Shown: positions 19,856-30,925 of the stretch, piece by piece | Numbering within the stretch: the first letter of the stretch is position 1 | Layout of the letters: each line of letters starts with the position of its first letter | Origin: Diplonema japonicum | Lineage: Eukaryota > Protista > Euglenozoa: Diplonemea | DNA: 64,000 bases | Direction: 5' to 3' | NCBI GenBank assembly: GCA_964019335.1 | Contig: OZ025747.1 | Span: 124,001 to 188,000 of the forward strand | Position numbers and translations under genes: made by a program | The notes under the pieces: model-generated | Databases searched by the model: none | Seen by the model: only the letters and a program-made list of their open reading frames with translations | Told to the model about the DNA's origin: nothing

Positions 19856-20925
19856 ATGCAGAACATCCGCAGGGTGCCGATGATCATCAACGGGAAGCTC
19901 CGCCAGTCGGAGACGAACAACTGGATCGAGGTGCACGACCCGGCGACGAACGAGGTGATCGCCCTGACGCCCGAGTCGACGCAGAGCGAGATGGACGAGG
20001 CGACGGAGAGCTGCGAGAAGGCGTTCAAGGAGTGGCGGGAGGTGTCGGTGTCGAACAGGATGCGGGTGATGCTGAGGTACCAGCAGCTGATCAGGGACCA
20101 CACGGCGGAGATCCAGAACGCGATCACGGAGGAGCAGGGGAAGACCTTGGACGACGCGAAGGGAGACCTGTTCCGAGGGCTGGAGATCGTGGAGCACGCG
20201 TGCAGCGCGCCGTCCCTCATCATGGGGGAGACGGTGGGGAACGTGTCGGCGCACATGGACACGTACAGCTACCGCCAGCCGCTCGGAGTGGCGGCGGGGA
20301 TCTGCCCCTTCAACTTCCCAGCGATGATCCCTCTGTGGATGTACCCGATGGCGCTGGTGTCGGGGAACAGCTTCCTCCTGAAGCCTTCTGAGAGGGACCC
20401 GACAGCGGCGGTGATTCTGTCGCAGCTGGCGCACGAAGCCGGAGTCCCTGCCGGTGTGCTGAACGTGATCCACGGGTCGAAGGACGCGGTGAACTACATC
20501 TGCGACGCCCCCGCCATCAAGGCGATCTCCTTCGTGGGCTCCAACCAGGCGGGGGAGTACATCCACGCCAGGGGGAGCGCCAACGGGAAGAGGGTGCAGG
20601 CGAACCTCGGGGCGAAGAACCACGCCGTCATCATGGAGGACGCCTCGAAGGACCACGCCGTGAACTCCCTGATCGGGGCCTCCATGGGGGCTGCGGGGCA
20701 GAGGTGCATGGCCCTCTCCGTCGCCATCTTCGTCGGGAAGTCGCAGGAGTGGATCCAAGACGTGGTCGAGAGGACCAAGTCCTCCCTCACCATGGGGCCC
20801 GGGAAGCAGAAGGGTGTCGACGTGGGGCCTCTCATCTCCCCCGGCGCTCGCGACCGTGCTTTCGAGCTCATCCAGTCTGCTGCTGACCAGGGTGCTACCA
20901 TTGCACTTGATGGGAGGGAGGTATG

Positions 20926-20966
<41 letters not shown>

Positions 20967-21519
20967 AGTGCACGCCCCCTGCAGGCTGCGAGAAGGGGAA
21001 CTGGCTTGGGCCCACCGTCATCACCAACGTCACCCCCGACATGAGGTGCTACACTGAGGAGATCTTCGCACCTGTTCTCTGCATCATGGTATGCATACTA
21101 TATTACACCACACCACACCACATACCACACACCACACACCACAGTCTGCGGAGACCCTTGACGACGCCCTGAACATCATCAACAACAACCCCTACGGCAA
21201 CGGAACAGCCATCTTCACCTCCAGCGGGGCGGCCGCCAGGAAGTTCCAGCACGAGGTGGACGCAGGGCAGATTGGGATCAACGTGCCCATCCCCGTCCCC
21301 CTCCCCATGTTCTCCTTCACTGGGTCCCGTGCCTCCATCCGTGGGGACATCAACTTCTACGGGAAGCAGGCCATCCAGTTCTACACCAGCTGGAAGACCA
21401 TCACGTCCAACTGGAACCCCGCCTTCGTCAACACTGGTGCCACGGTATGGATGGGAGTAAGGGGGCAGAAATATCTAACACAACAACAGGTCAACATGCC
21501 CATCCTCGGTCAGAAGTGA
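19856..21519 (+). CDS. ALDH6A1: Methylmalonate-semialdehyde dehydrogenase (acylating)
   Basis: [50 protein letters not shown]. Introns 20921-20968, 21089-21144, 21445-21489. Confidence 0.95.
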
Positions 21520-22072
21520 GAGTAGTGAAGGGTTTAAAGAATACTGTATTATAAAAAAGAAAAAGAAAGAAAGAGGGGAGGGGGGGCCCTTTTATCAAAC
21601 CAAGGTGGAGGGGTACTCTTTTTTCTTTATTTTTTTTTTCTACTTCCGTTTTTTTTCTTTTTAAAAATTTTACGCAATTCCCCCTATTTTTTTTTCTTTT
21701 TACGTTCCTTTATTCTAATTTTTAACGATACAAAATAACCCCTCTAAAAAGAAAAGAAAAAAAGGAAGAAAAAAAAATAAACTACCATTGCTTTTCTTTG
21801 CCTGGTTGCGTTTCTTTGTTGGTTCTCCGCCAGAATAGAGAACAAAATATTATTTTTAACTTTCAAAAAAAGAAAAAATGAAAAAGAGAGAGAGAGAAAA
21901 AGGGAAAAAACGTGGGATGAGTAAAAGGGAAAAAAAGGGAATGAGTAACTTACTTTCTTCTTCTTTTTTTTCGATCCCCCCCCCCACCCTTCCCCCCTTT
22001 TTTATTTATTGTAAAGAAATACCCATAAGCCATTTAATGGCAGTGGGAGGGATTTTTTTTTAAAGTTATTGT

Positions 22073-22107
<35 letters not shown>

Positions 22108-22401
22108 CTTTTTAAATTCTCTGATCTTTCTTTCCTTCCCGCCCCGTTTTTTTTTGATTCAATTTTTTTCACGCTACCTCGAAACAGATTCAAAAAAAAA
22201 TTTTTTTTTAAAAAAACCGGGGGGTGTAAGAAGGAAAAAAAATGGGGGAAATAAGAAAAAAACAGCATCGCATTTAAAAAAAAAAAAAAAAAACGTTGTA
22301 AGTCCACGAAGGGGAATTTTTTTTTTTTAATATATATTTATACTTACATCCACCGGCCACAAAAAAAAAAAAAAAAAAAAATCTCCGTACAAACAGGCAA
22401 A

Positions 22402-23106
22402 ATGACGCGACCCCCGATAATAGAGAATATCCACAACATAACAAAATCCAGCAAATCCACTACAACGAGATGCTGCTGCGAGGTCAGCAGACCTGACAGC
22501 CTGATCGTCATCATAGGAAACGAGAAGGGGATAGTAGGGCGATCGACAAACGGAAAGGTGGTAGGAAAAGCAGAAATACCCGGCGGCACAACATGCATCT
22601 TAAGCTTGGGGACAACAGTATGGCTGGGCAGTGGAGAAGGTGTAGTAGGGCGGTATTTGGTAAACGACGACGGCATCACAGAAGTGAAAAAAAATAAAGC
22701 GCACAAGGGCGCCGTAACGTGCATCTGCACAGACGGTGAGCGGTCCGTACTTTCGTCGTCAGAGTCAGGAGACGTGTTAGAATGGGACGCGGATTTTGTA
22801 GACAAACCTCCTAAAGAAGTCCTTCCTCCCTCCGCTTCCCCCATCACGGCCTTGGCCTATTCCCTGAACACCCTCCTCCTTGGATCTCACTCTGGGCATC
22901 TAAAAGTTATCGACACCCACACCAGCCAAATCACGACATGGACAGGCCACACGTCATCTGTGACATGTATATCTGTTGTGCTCTTGGAGCAAATCTGGTC
23001 CGCCGACAATGCTGGTGATGTTCTGATCCGATGCTTCTCGTCTGGCGAGGTTCTCAAGACGCTGTCGCTTCCCGTGCCTGTCACGTCGATCACTCTTGTG
23101 GGTGAC

Positions 23107-23153
<47 letters not shown>

Positions 23154-24235
23154 CTATACAAACCCCCCATCATCAGGTCTGGCTGTGGTCATCCGATCGC
23201 TCGCTCACGCTTGTTTCCCCGTTGACATTCGCCGCCTCCTACCCGGAACCCGATTTCAAAAAAAAATCAGGGACCGGTATCCCTGTGGGAGTTGTACAGG
23301 TATTCCCCTCCCTTCTTTTCATTAAAAAAAATTTCTTTTTTTTTCTAAAGGTAGCCCAAGCAGACGTCCGCCGTGTCTGGACCCCAAGCACCGATGGCTC
23401 GATAGGTGTGTGGGATGTGACCAGTTTCGGTGTTGGCGATGTGTTGAAGCGAACGGCCGAGGACGGTGCGACGTTCAAACGCAAGGCGGAGAGGTTGCTG
23501 GGCGCTGCGGAGACCCTCCAAGAAATGGCACCCCTCGAGGAGGAGCTGAAGGAGGAACGCAAGCGGGTCGCAGAGCTCGAAGACACCGTAAAGGGTTTGG
23601 TCGCACACTGCACCCAACTGCAGGAATCTGTCTACGAGCATGAAAAAGCAAACAGCGGCGCGCAAAACATCGAATCTTTAAAAGCAGAGCTTGCAGGTTG
23701 CTATGAGCACACTGCCGTCATCGAGACAGACTGTGCGCATCTGTCAGCAGAGCTTCAAGAGTCCAGACAACAAGTCGATAGTTTACGTGATGAAGTTGCA
23801 ACATTACGTTCTGAAGCAGCTGGCGACCGTGCGAAATATGAAGCTGAGACAGCAGAGTTTAGACGCCGATTGGAGTCGGTGTCGTCGAAAGAAGTTGAGT
23901 GCGACAGGGAGAACACCACCCTTCGGAAGCGGGTAAAGTTCTTGGAAGGCATCGAAGAACAAGCAATCGAAGCCCAAGAGATTATCGAAGATATCCACAA
24001 ATCCTACTGCTCTGTCAAATCCGCCAGCCACTGCGCAACAGAAACCGCGCACCGCGCCTCCATCCTCTCTGAAGAGTCCGCGTCTCGTCTCCGTTTCGTC
24101 CAAGAAACCTCCTCCACCGCCACTGAGTATCTTCAAGAGGAGCTTCGGTGCCTCACCCTTGTCGACACCACCCTTCGGCATAGATTGAATGAGACACATC
24201 TCGCCCTGCAAAATGCCAACAAACGATCGGGGTAG
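22402..24235 (+). CDS. WD40-repeat protein with a C-terminal coiled coil
   Basis: AHKGAVTCI...WD, GHTSSVTCI, DGSIGVWD. Introns 23110-23176 and 23300-23350. Confidence 0.8.
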
Positions 24236-24442
24236 AGAGAGCAAAAAAAAAAGGGGGAGGAGTATATGTAGTAGTACTTTTTTTATTGTATCCTTTGTGT
24301 AAAAAAAAAGGGGGGAAAAGAAAGAAGAAGAAGAAAGAAGAAAAAAAAAAAAACACAATTCTTTTTAATCCCTTTTACTTTTATATTCTGTATTCTGCAC
24401 GCGGTAGCTACCACAGCGTATGCGTCTCCTGCGCCGTACTGG

Positions 24443-25669
24443 ATGAGTGTGAAGGAGAAGTCAGCGTCGTGGCGAAAGAGGGCTCAGGAAAAAATCGGTG
24501 CGTACAAAGAACTGTTGAGCGGGGACAGTGGCAACAAGGCAGCCCCCGCAGCGAGGGTGTCCCATTGGACCGACAGGCGGAACGAGTTCTACAAGGGGCT
24601 GAGAAATACACCGCAAAAAGAAGCAGAGGTGCTGACGGAGGCCTCGTCCGCAGTTGCAGAGACAGTCTACATAGAGAGCAGCTACTTCAGCGATGTGAGC
24701 AGCGAGACGAGCACAGACGAAGAGTGGGGTGGGCCCACAGCACGCAGCGGAGCTAGCAGCAAGAAGGTGAGCTTTGTCGGCGAGCCACCGTCACACAGAA
24801 CAGACACTACTCTTCACGCTCACACAGACACAAGTGTGAGTGGGCTTCAGACCAACAGGTCCTTATCAGAGACAACAGAGAAAGACTCCCCTGATGCACA
24901 CCCTCTTACAGACAGAACAGTTGGGACAGAGACTACCCAAAGGACACCAGATGTACAACAGCTTACAGACAGGACCCTGGAGACGGATACCACTAACAAC
25001 GAGAGTACCGCAGATGTGCAACCCCTGACAGATAGGACGCTCGGGACTGATACTACAGCGGAGACACCCGATGTGCAGCCGCTGACGGACAGAACAGCAG
25101 GCACGAGCAGGACAAGTTTGGACACGGCAGCCGGGACACCCGACGTGCAGCAGTTCACAGATAGGACGTTCGACACTGAGGACAACCCCCTTACTGTCGC
25201 AGAGGCACCCGGTGGTATTGATGCGTTGGCAGATGAAACCATTGGCGCCGAGGCAAATCACGGCGGTGATGTGCAAATGGACAAAACTGATGAATGTCAG
25301 AATGAAACTGGGGAGGGCGAGGGCGAGGTTGCCGATTGTGACGCGCAGCATCAGTCGGATGAGGAAACGGCAGAAGTCCCTAGCCTGCCGACAAATGAAG
25401 AAACAGACACACTTGAGACGCTCAGTGCACTCGCCTTGACGGACCAACCAGTGACAGACGATGGCACAAGCTCGGTCCACACGGAGAGCACCGTGTCTGC
25501 GACTACTTCAAATGCTGACGTTGACGATGCTGACGTGAAGGAATCCCTCGTGATCGTGAGCAGCGAGCTATGGGACGAGAAGAAATGGATAGGGGCCGCG
25601 AGAAGGCGTGCTGCGAGGAGCAAGGATTTACTACTGAGGGAGCTGCATTCCGTGCTTCTGCACAGATGA
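24443..25669 (+). CDS. Acidic Thr-rich protein with ~19-26-aa repeats (PDVQxLTDRT)
   Basis: 408-aa ORF with 5 imperfect repeats at about 24890-25170. Confidence 0.7.
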   Translation: MSVKEKSASWRKRAQEKIGAYKELLSGDSGNKAAPAARVSHWTDRRNEFYKGLRNTPQKEAEVLTEASSAVAETVYIESSYFSDVSSETSTDEEWGGPTARSGASSKKVSFVGEPPSHRTDTTLHAHTDTSVSGLQTNRSLSETTEKDSPDAHPLTDRTVGTETTQRTPDVQQLTDRTLETDTTNNESTADVQPLTDRTLGTDTTAETPDVQPLTDRTAGTSRTSLDTAAGTPDVQQFTDRTFDTEDNPLTVAEAPGGIDALADETIGAEANHGGDVQMDKTDECQNETGEGEGEVADCDAQHQSDEETAEVPSLPTNEETDTLETLSALALTDQPVTDDGTSSVHTESTVSATTSNADVDDADVKESLVIVSSELWDEKKWIGAARRRAARSKDLLLRELHSVLLHR

Positions 25670-25730
25670 TCCCCATTCATTTTTTTTTTCTCTTTTAATC
25701 CCTCACACCATTCTTCTTCCAGGTTGGGGG

Positions 25731-28700
25731 ATGAAAAACCAAGAAAGGCTGAACAGCATAAACAGCCATGACGAGGAAGCCCCGAAAGAAATCGTAAAAC
25801 GCGAGGAATTAGAACGAAGAACAGATGGCGTGGTGGCATTGGAACTGGGGAGGAGCCTCATACCGACCATCACGCTGATGATGACAATGGTGGTAACGTT
25901 GGGGATCGCGGTCGACACGGTGGTGGCGGCGTTGGCCTTACGCCCGGGCCACGGGGCGAATGTCAAGGGTTTGGAGTACGACTCCAACCTCACGTGGAAC
26001 AAAAGCATAGCATGGCAACCCATTGTGGCGGTGGAAGTGAGATTCAACACATCCTACACGGTTCCCGACGTACTGGACCTACAATACGAAGTAACATGGC
26101 ACGCTAAGGGGGGAATCAGATCATTCCAGGAGAACTTACACGCGGACTGTAACGTAACGGCAAACGATTGCGATTCTGTGATAATCCCAAAACCACGGAC
26201 GAGACGCGGTGTCCAAACACCATACGGCGGTCCTGTAATCGTAACATTCAAGATTATAAACGGAACACAGGAAGTTCTGAACGAACCGGAAGCTCTTGTC
26301 GTGAACTCGATCACGATCACCCCGATCTTTATAAACGTCATCACGTATACAAGCGGGCTGTCGATGATACTATTGATCCCGTACATCGTTAGATTTTACT
26401 ACATGTTGTCGCACAATGCCGAGCCGAACACCCCTGATCAGTACATTGCTGCTGTGTTGTTGATGCTTTTTCTGCTGCAGATTCAATCCGTCCTCGCAGC
26501 GAGATTTCTCGGGAAAGTTCCTAGCTCGGTGGACAGCCACGCGCTTCGAATTTATCTCACGATTTGCCCGTACGTGTTCGCCCATGCTTTGCAAGCTTCT
26601 GTTCTCGGGCTGACTTCATATTACAAACCAAAGTCGGCTGTCCCGTACGTTAAAATGGGTTTATGGTTCACTGTTATGACAGGTCTTTCTACCGTTTACG
26701 CGTTTCGAGCAGTTCGTTACGAGGAGGATATCTCCGCATCTGCATGGGACGCGCAAACATTGAATGGTCACTTTTCTTGGATGCCGATGAGCTACACATG
26801 TCTTAAATGGATTTACGCATTCTCCATGATGCGTCATGTGTGGACATCGCATAAGCACTTCTTGCACGTTCCGTATCTTGTTTTTAGGAACAAGTATCTC
26901 AAAATGTGCTTTTTGAACGTGATTATAATATCATTGTTCGTGCACGAGTTTGGAACCATCGCCAGCCACATTATATCCGTCTCTCCTATCCAGGGTACGT
27001 CGTTGGGGACATGTTGTAACTATGCTGTTGTGACGCTGTGTTTTGCTGGGTGTTTGATTCCGATTTACCAAAAGGGCGACGATACCCTACCGCCACCCCC
27101 GTCGAGCGATGTTTGGAAAACGTTGACGTGGTCGGTCGAGTGGAAGAAATGGATACACGGGAACTCGCTCTCTTCATTGTACTTCTTCACAGATTCCTCG
27201 GAGGAGAAGGATTTTTGGGTGAAGCAAAACAAGGGAGAATCGGAGGAAATCTGCGAATCACCGTCGTTGTGTTCCAGACGGTCGTCAGGGGTTACCTTGC
27301 GAGCGTGTATCCTCACACTGTTATATGGTGTTCAAGTTTTTTTAACATTCTTCTTCATTCTGAGCGCGTGGCTTGTCGCAATTTTCTTCATTATAATACC
27401 GCCCTTGAAATCTGTGAGACATGCTGCCGTTTTTCAAAGAACGACAACCAGTTGGGTGATCGAGAAACTGTACGCCATCCCACCACGGTCCCGCGTTATC
27501 GGAATGTACCCTTTGAAAACGGAGAAGGACAGTGTGGCCTCATATCTGTGCGACAGGTTCACGTGGCTGACATTGTTATATATGATGATCAACGTTTTCT
27601 TAAGCTATGTGATCATGTTTGTCTCGGGAATGCTCGGGTTGTGGGGTGTCATCTTGAGCATGAACGTTATAACTGCCAGCGTTGGAACGCTGCTGATGAC
27701 GTGCCACCACGTCGCATCGGGTTTTCTACTACGGTTGTCGAGGGGGATCGCAGTTTGCATGCTGATAGAACGTTCCGAGATCGAGGAAAAAGTACACGAC
27801 AAACTACAAGAATACACCGTGACACCCTTTTGCCTAGAGACATGCATCACTATGTCGCACATTGCGTACGAAACATACCGGGAATGCCCTGGTGTTACAG
27901 AGGAAATCTTGCAAGATCAAGACGTGGACCAGAAGAAAAGTATTGTAGCAGGCTGGCTTCCGAAAAGCGGCCTCGCATCAGCGAATGTCCTCGGACCCAC
28001 AGGAACAAAACGCAAAGATCGCAGAATCGATCTCGCCCGGTACGGGTTGGACCTACGTTACGTTTGTGTGATTAATGGACTGCAATTCATAATCGGGGTG
28101 TGGAGCAGCAACAATGCAATATTTGTCGGGTTTCGTGGAACATCGAACGCAAAGAATAAAATGACGGATCTTAATGTGCGGAGGAAACCGTGGGAACCGA
28201 TGACATCGGATTCAAAAGCGAGTGTTGACACAAGTTTTTTGTCGTGCTGGGGATCGACGCCTTTGGTACACCGTGGATTTGCAGCGTTGTGGGAATCCGT
28301 GGCTGAAATAGTTCACGGGAAAATCGCGCAGCTTCTCGAGGAAGGCTACGAGAGAATTTTCATAACGGGGCATTCGCTTGGAGCAGCAGTGGCCACGCTT
28401 TCCGCTTACTCCCTTGCGAAGACGCACGGTACCTCATCCGTTGGCCTTATAACATTCGGGACGCCATTGATGGGGAATCAAGCCTTCGCGGATTTTATGA
28501 TGTTTCGCGTTCCTTACAACATGAATCTACGAAATGAGAACGACGCTTGTACGCGTGCTGCAGGCACCTTTGCCAACGTTCAAACAGGAAATACCATTCT
28601 GGTCGGGCGATGCGGGCAATTGTTGATGAACCCTGCGAAAATCGAAAGAATATTCGCTCCATGGGGTGGAACCGGAAACCCGTTCGCAGCTCATAAATTG

Positions 28701-29192
28701 GTACGTTACCAGTCAGCTCTTTCCATAACTGCAGCATTGTTCCATTCTAATGTAATTGTGTTTATAGGTGAGGAAGTTAAGGGTACTGATAGGTTGGCTT
28801 GGGTAACTGGACCTTCGTTGTCAAATCTGCCAGTTGGTGCGGAGGTGGGTTACCCTCAGAACGGTGTTCTTGTATCTGGTCGTGTGATGGGGTTTCCCAA
28901 GAAAAAGGTCGCGAGGATCAGGCTTCCGTTGACGCCTCCTTTTGACACCCCTGTGACGTGTCTCTTGAAGCCGCCTCTTGCGGTAGAGTCACCTCTTCGT
29001 CTTCATGTGTTCCCGGAGAGGCTTCAGGTGGTGGTGGGGCCTACGAGTAAGAACGTCACATATATAAATCCTTCTGCGTCTCCTAGTGCCCCGCCTTTGC
29101 CTGTTACTTATGGGAACACTTATTTCAACATACTTCCACCACCGCCTTTGTCGCAACAGTCCGAGACAGCACCTAATTACCGGACGATTTGA
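25731..29192 (+). CDS. Multi-pass membrane protein with a C-terminal class 3 lipase domain
   Basis: Many TM segments, then FVGFRGT, VHRGF, ITGHSLG, TFGTP, NEND and H motifs. Confidence 0.88.
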   Translation: MKNQERLNSINSHDEEAPKEIVKREELERRTDGVVALELGRSLIPTITLMMTMVVTLGIAVDTVVAALALRPGHGANVKGLEYDSNLTWNKSIAWQPIVAVEVRFNTSYTVPDVLDLQYEVTWHAKGGIRSFQENLHADCNVTANDCDSVIIPKPRTRRGVQTPYGGPVIVTFKIINGTQEVLNEPEALVVNSITITPIFINVITYTSGLSMILLIPYIVRFYYMLSHNAEPNTPDQYIAAVLLMLFLLQIQSVLAARFLGKVPSSVDSHALRIYLTICPYVFAHALQASVLGLTSYYKPKSAVPYVKMGLWFTVMTGLSTVYAFRAVRYEEDISASAWDAQTLNGHFSWMPMSYTCLKWIYAFSMMRHVWTSHKHFLHVPYLVFRNKYLKMCFLNVIIISLFVHEFGTIASHIISVSPIQGTSLGTCCNYAVVTLCFAGCLIPIYQKGDDTLPPPPSSDVWKTLTWSVEWKKWIHGNSLSSLYFFTDSSEEKDFWVKQNKGESEEICESPSLCSRRSSGVTLRACILTLLYGVQVFLTFFFILSAWLVAIFFIIIPPLKSVRHAAVFQRTTTSWVIEKLYAIPPRSRVIGMYPLKTEKDSVASYLCDRFTWLTLLYMMINVFLSYVIMFVSGMLGLWGVILSMNVITASVGTLLMTCHHVASGFLLRLSRGIAVCMLIERSEIEEKVHDKLQEYTVTPFCLETCITMSHIAYETYRECPGVTEEILQDQDVDQKKSIVAGWLPKSGLASANVLGPTGTKRKDRRIDLARYGLDLRYVCVINGLQFIIGVWSSNNAIFVGFRGTSNAKNKMTDLNVRRKPWEPMTSDSKASVDTSFLSCWGSTPLVHRGFAALWESVAEIVHGKIAQLLEEGYERIFITGHSLGAAVATLSAYSLAKTHGTSSVGLITFGTPLMGNQAFADFMMFRVPYNMNLRNENDACTRAAGTFANVQTGNTILVGRCGQLLMNPAKIERIFAPWGGTGNPFAAHKLVRYQSALSITAALFHSNVIVFIGEEVKGTDRLAWVTGPSLSNLPVGAEVGYPQNGVLVSGRVMGFPKKKVARIRLPLTPPFDTPVTCLLKPPLAVESPLRLHVFPERLQVVVGPTSKNVTYINPSASPSAPPLPVTYGNTYFNILPPPPLSQQSETAPNYRTI

Positions 29193-29333
29193 AAAAAAAA
29201 ATTTTTTTTTTAATTTATTTATTTATTTTATTATGATCTCACTTTTTTTTTTCCTTTTTCTTTCTCGCCTTGTGTGGGGGTTAGCGTCAATGGATCCATT
29301 CCTTCTTTTTTTTTTATTTATTTTATTTGTACT

Positions 29334-29366
<33 letters not shown>

Positions 29367-30925
29367 CCTTCCTTCCCCCCCTCACCAAGTTTACAACTGA
29401 ACGGGACACGCTCTCGTTATTGGTAATTTTTTTTTTTTTTCAATTACGGAAAAAAAAAGTTTTTTTTTCTTCCCGTTGCTCTCTCATTTCGAAAACTCGG
29501 GAAGGGGGGATCTATTTTTTTAAAGCCAACTTTTTTTTTTTCCCCGAGGGCGGGGGGGGGGGGGGGGTGAGAAGATAAAAAAGACCTCTTTTGGTTTTTC
29601 TTTCTTCGTTTAGATTTTTTTTGTTTGTTCATTTCATTTCTTTCTTTAGGGAAAGAAGGAGAATAATAATTTTAAAAAAAACAACACTGAATCTCCCCCC
29701 TCTGTCGCATCTTATTGGTTCGAACTCGTCTTTTCTCTCTCTCTTTTTTTTTTTTTTTTCTTTTGAAGAAAAAACCAGTGGTCTCTGAGAGTTCACACAT
29801 TTATTTTTTATTTATTTTCAATCTCAATTCTTTTCTCCCCCCCCACTTCCCTCCTTCCAATGGGTGGCCCTAACTTCCGATTTTTTTTTTTTTTTTTGCT
29901 TTGTGATTTTTTTTTTTCCCCCTTTTCCAATGAGCGCCCTGGAATTTTATCGAATTTTGTTTTTCTAGGTGGTGTCTCACAAAGACCTTTTAACTCATAT
30001 ATTTCATTCTTTTTTTTTTCTCTTTGGGGTTGTGGGGGAACCCTGAAAGCATCCTGAGGGGGCACTAACCATCAACATCTCGGGCAGGAATACCGCATCT
30101 TTCATTCATGTTAGTCAGATGGGTCCAGTGACTGACCGGAAAAAAGGGAGAGAAAAAAAAGGGGGGGGGGGGGGGTGGGAAGAAGAAGAAAAAAAACAGA
30201 AATGGGTGTGGATAGTGCTCTTGGACACCCTTTTCCTTTACTTTTGCTTGGTTTCCCTCCTCCTTCCCCCCCCCCCCCCCCCCCCTCCCTCCTTCCCCCT
30301 CAAAGTAGGCTGAGCACCAACCAGTAGTGTTCAGCATCGCAAAAGAAATGGAAAAAAAAAAAAAACCCCCTCCCTGCTATGTATCTAGAGTATTGAGTAC
30401 GAAAAAAAAAAAAGAATACTGAATCAATACGTGCAGGGGGAGGGGATGAAAAAAAAAATAATAATAACTTCACCAACCAAACAAAAAAAAGGGGGAAAAA
30501 GGGACAATTTTTTTTTTGCTTCCCATTCTTGCGCCCCCCCCCCCCCCCCCCCCCTTATTGTATTCTACGTTTTCAAATCTCTGACACACACACACACACT
30601 CTTTGTCATCATATCTTTAAAATATTGTCAGAGATTTTGAAAAGTGCTCAACCCCCCCCCCTTTTTTTCGTTTTCTTTTTTTTGAAATGTCGCTTGCCAT
30701 ATCTGACGCAAGACGAGGAGGGAAAAAAAAAAGTGAGAATGGGGTGGGCGGGGAGAACAAAAAAAGAAAGAAGAAAAAAAAATCACAATATTCGTGCATA
30801 TTCCTAGCTTCATTATCCCCTCCACCCCAATTTTTTTTTTCTTCTGGGGAAAAAAAAAAAAAAAAAAAAAAGGCGAGGAGAGGGGGAGGGGAGACGAGGG
30901 GAAAAAAAAAAAAAAAAAAAAATCA

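Noticed and set aside
19730-20758. 342-aa minus-strand ORF
   Set aside because: Antisense shadow of the GC3-rich MMSDH gene.
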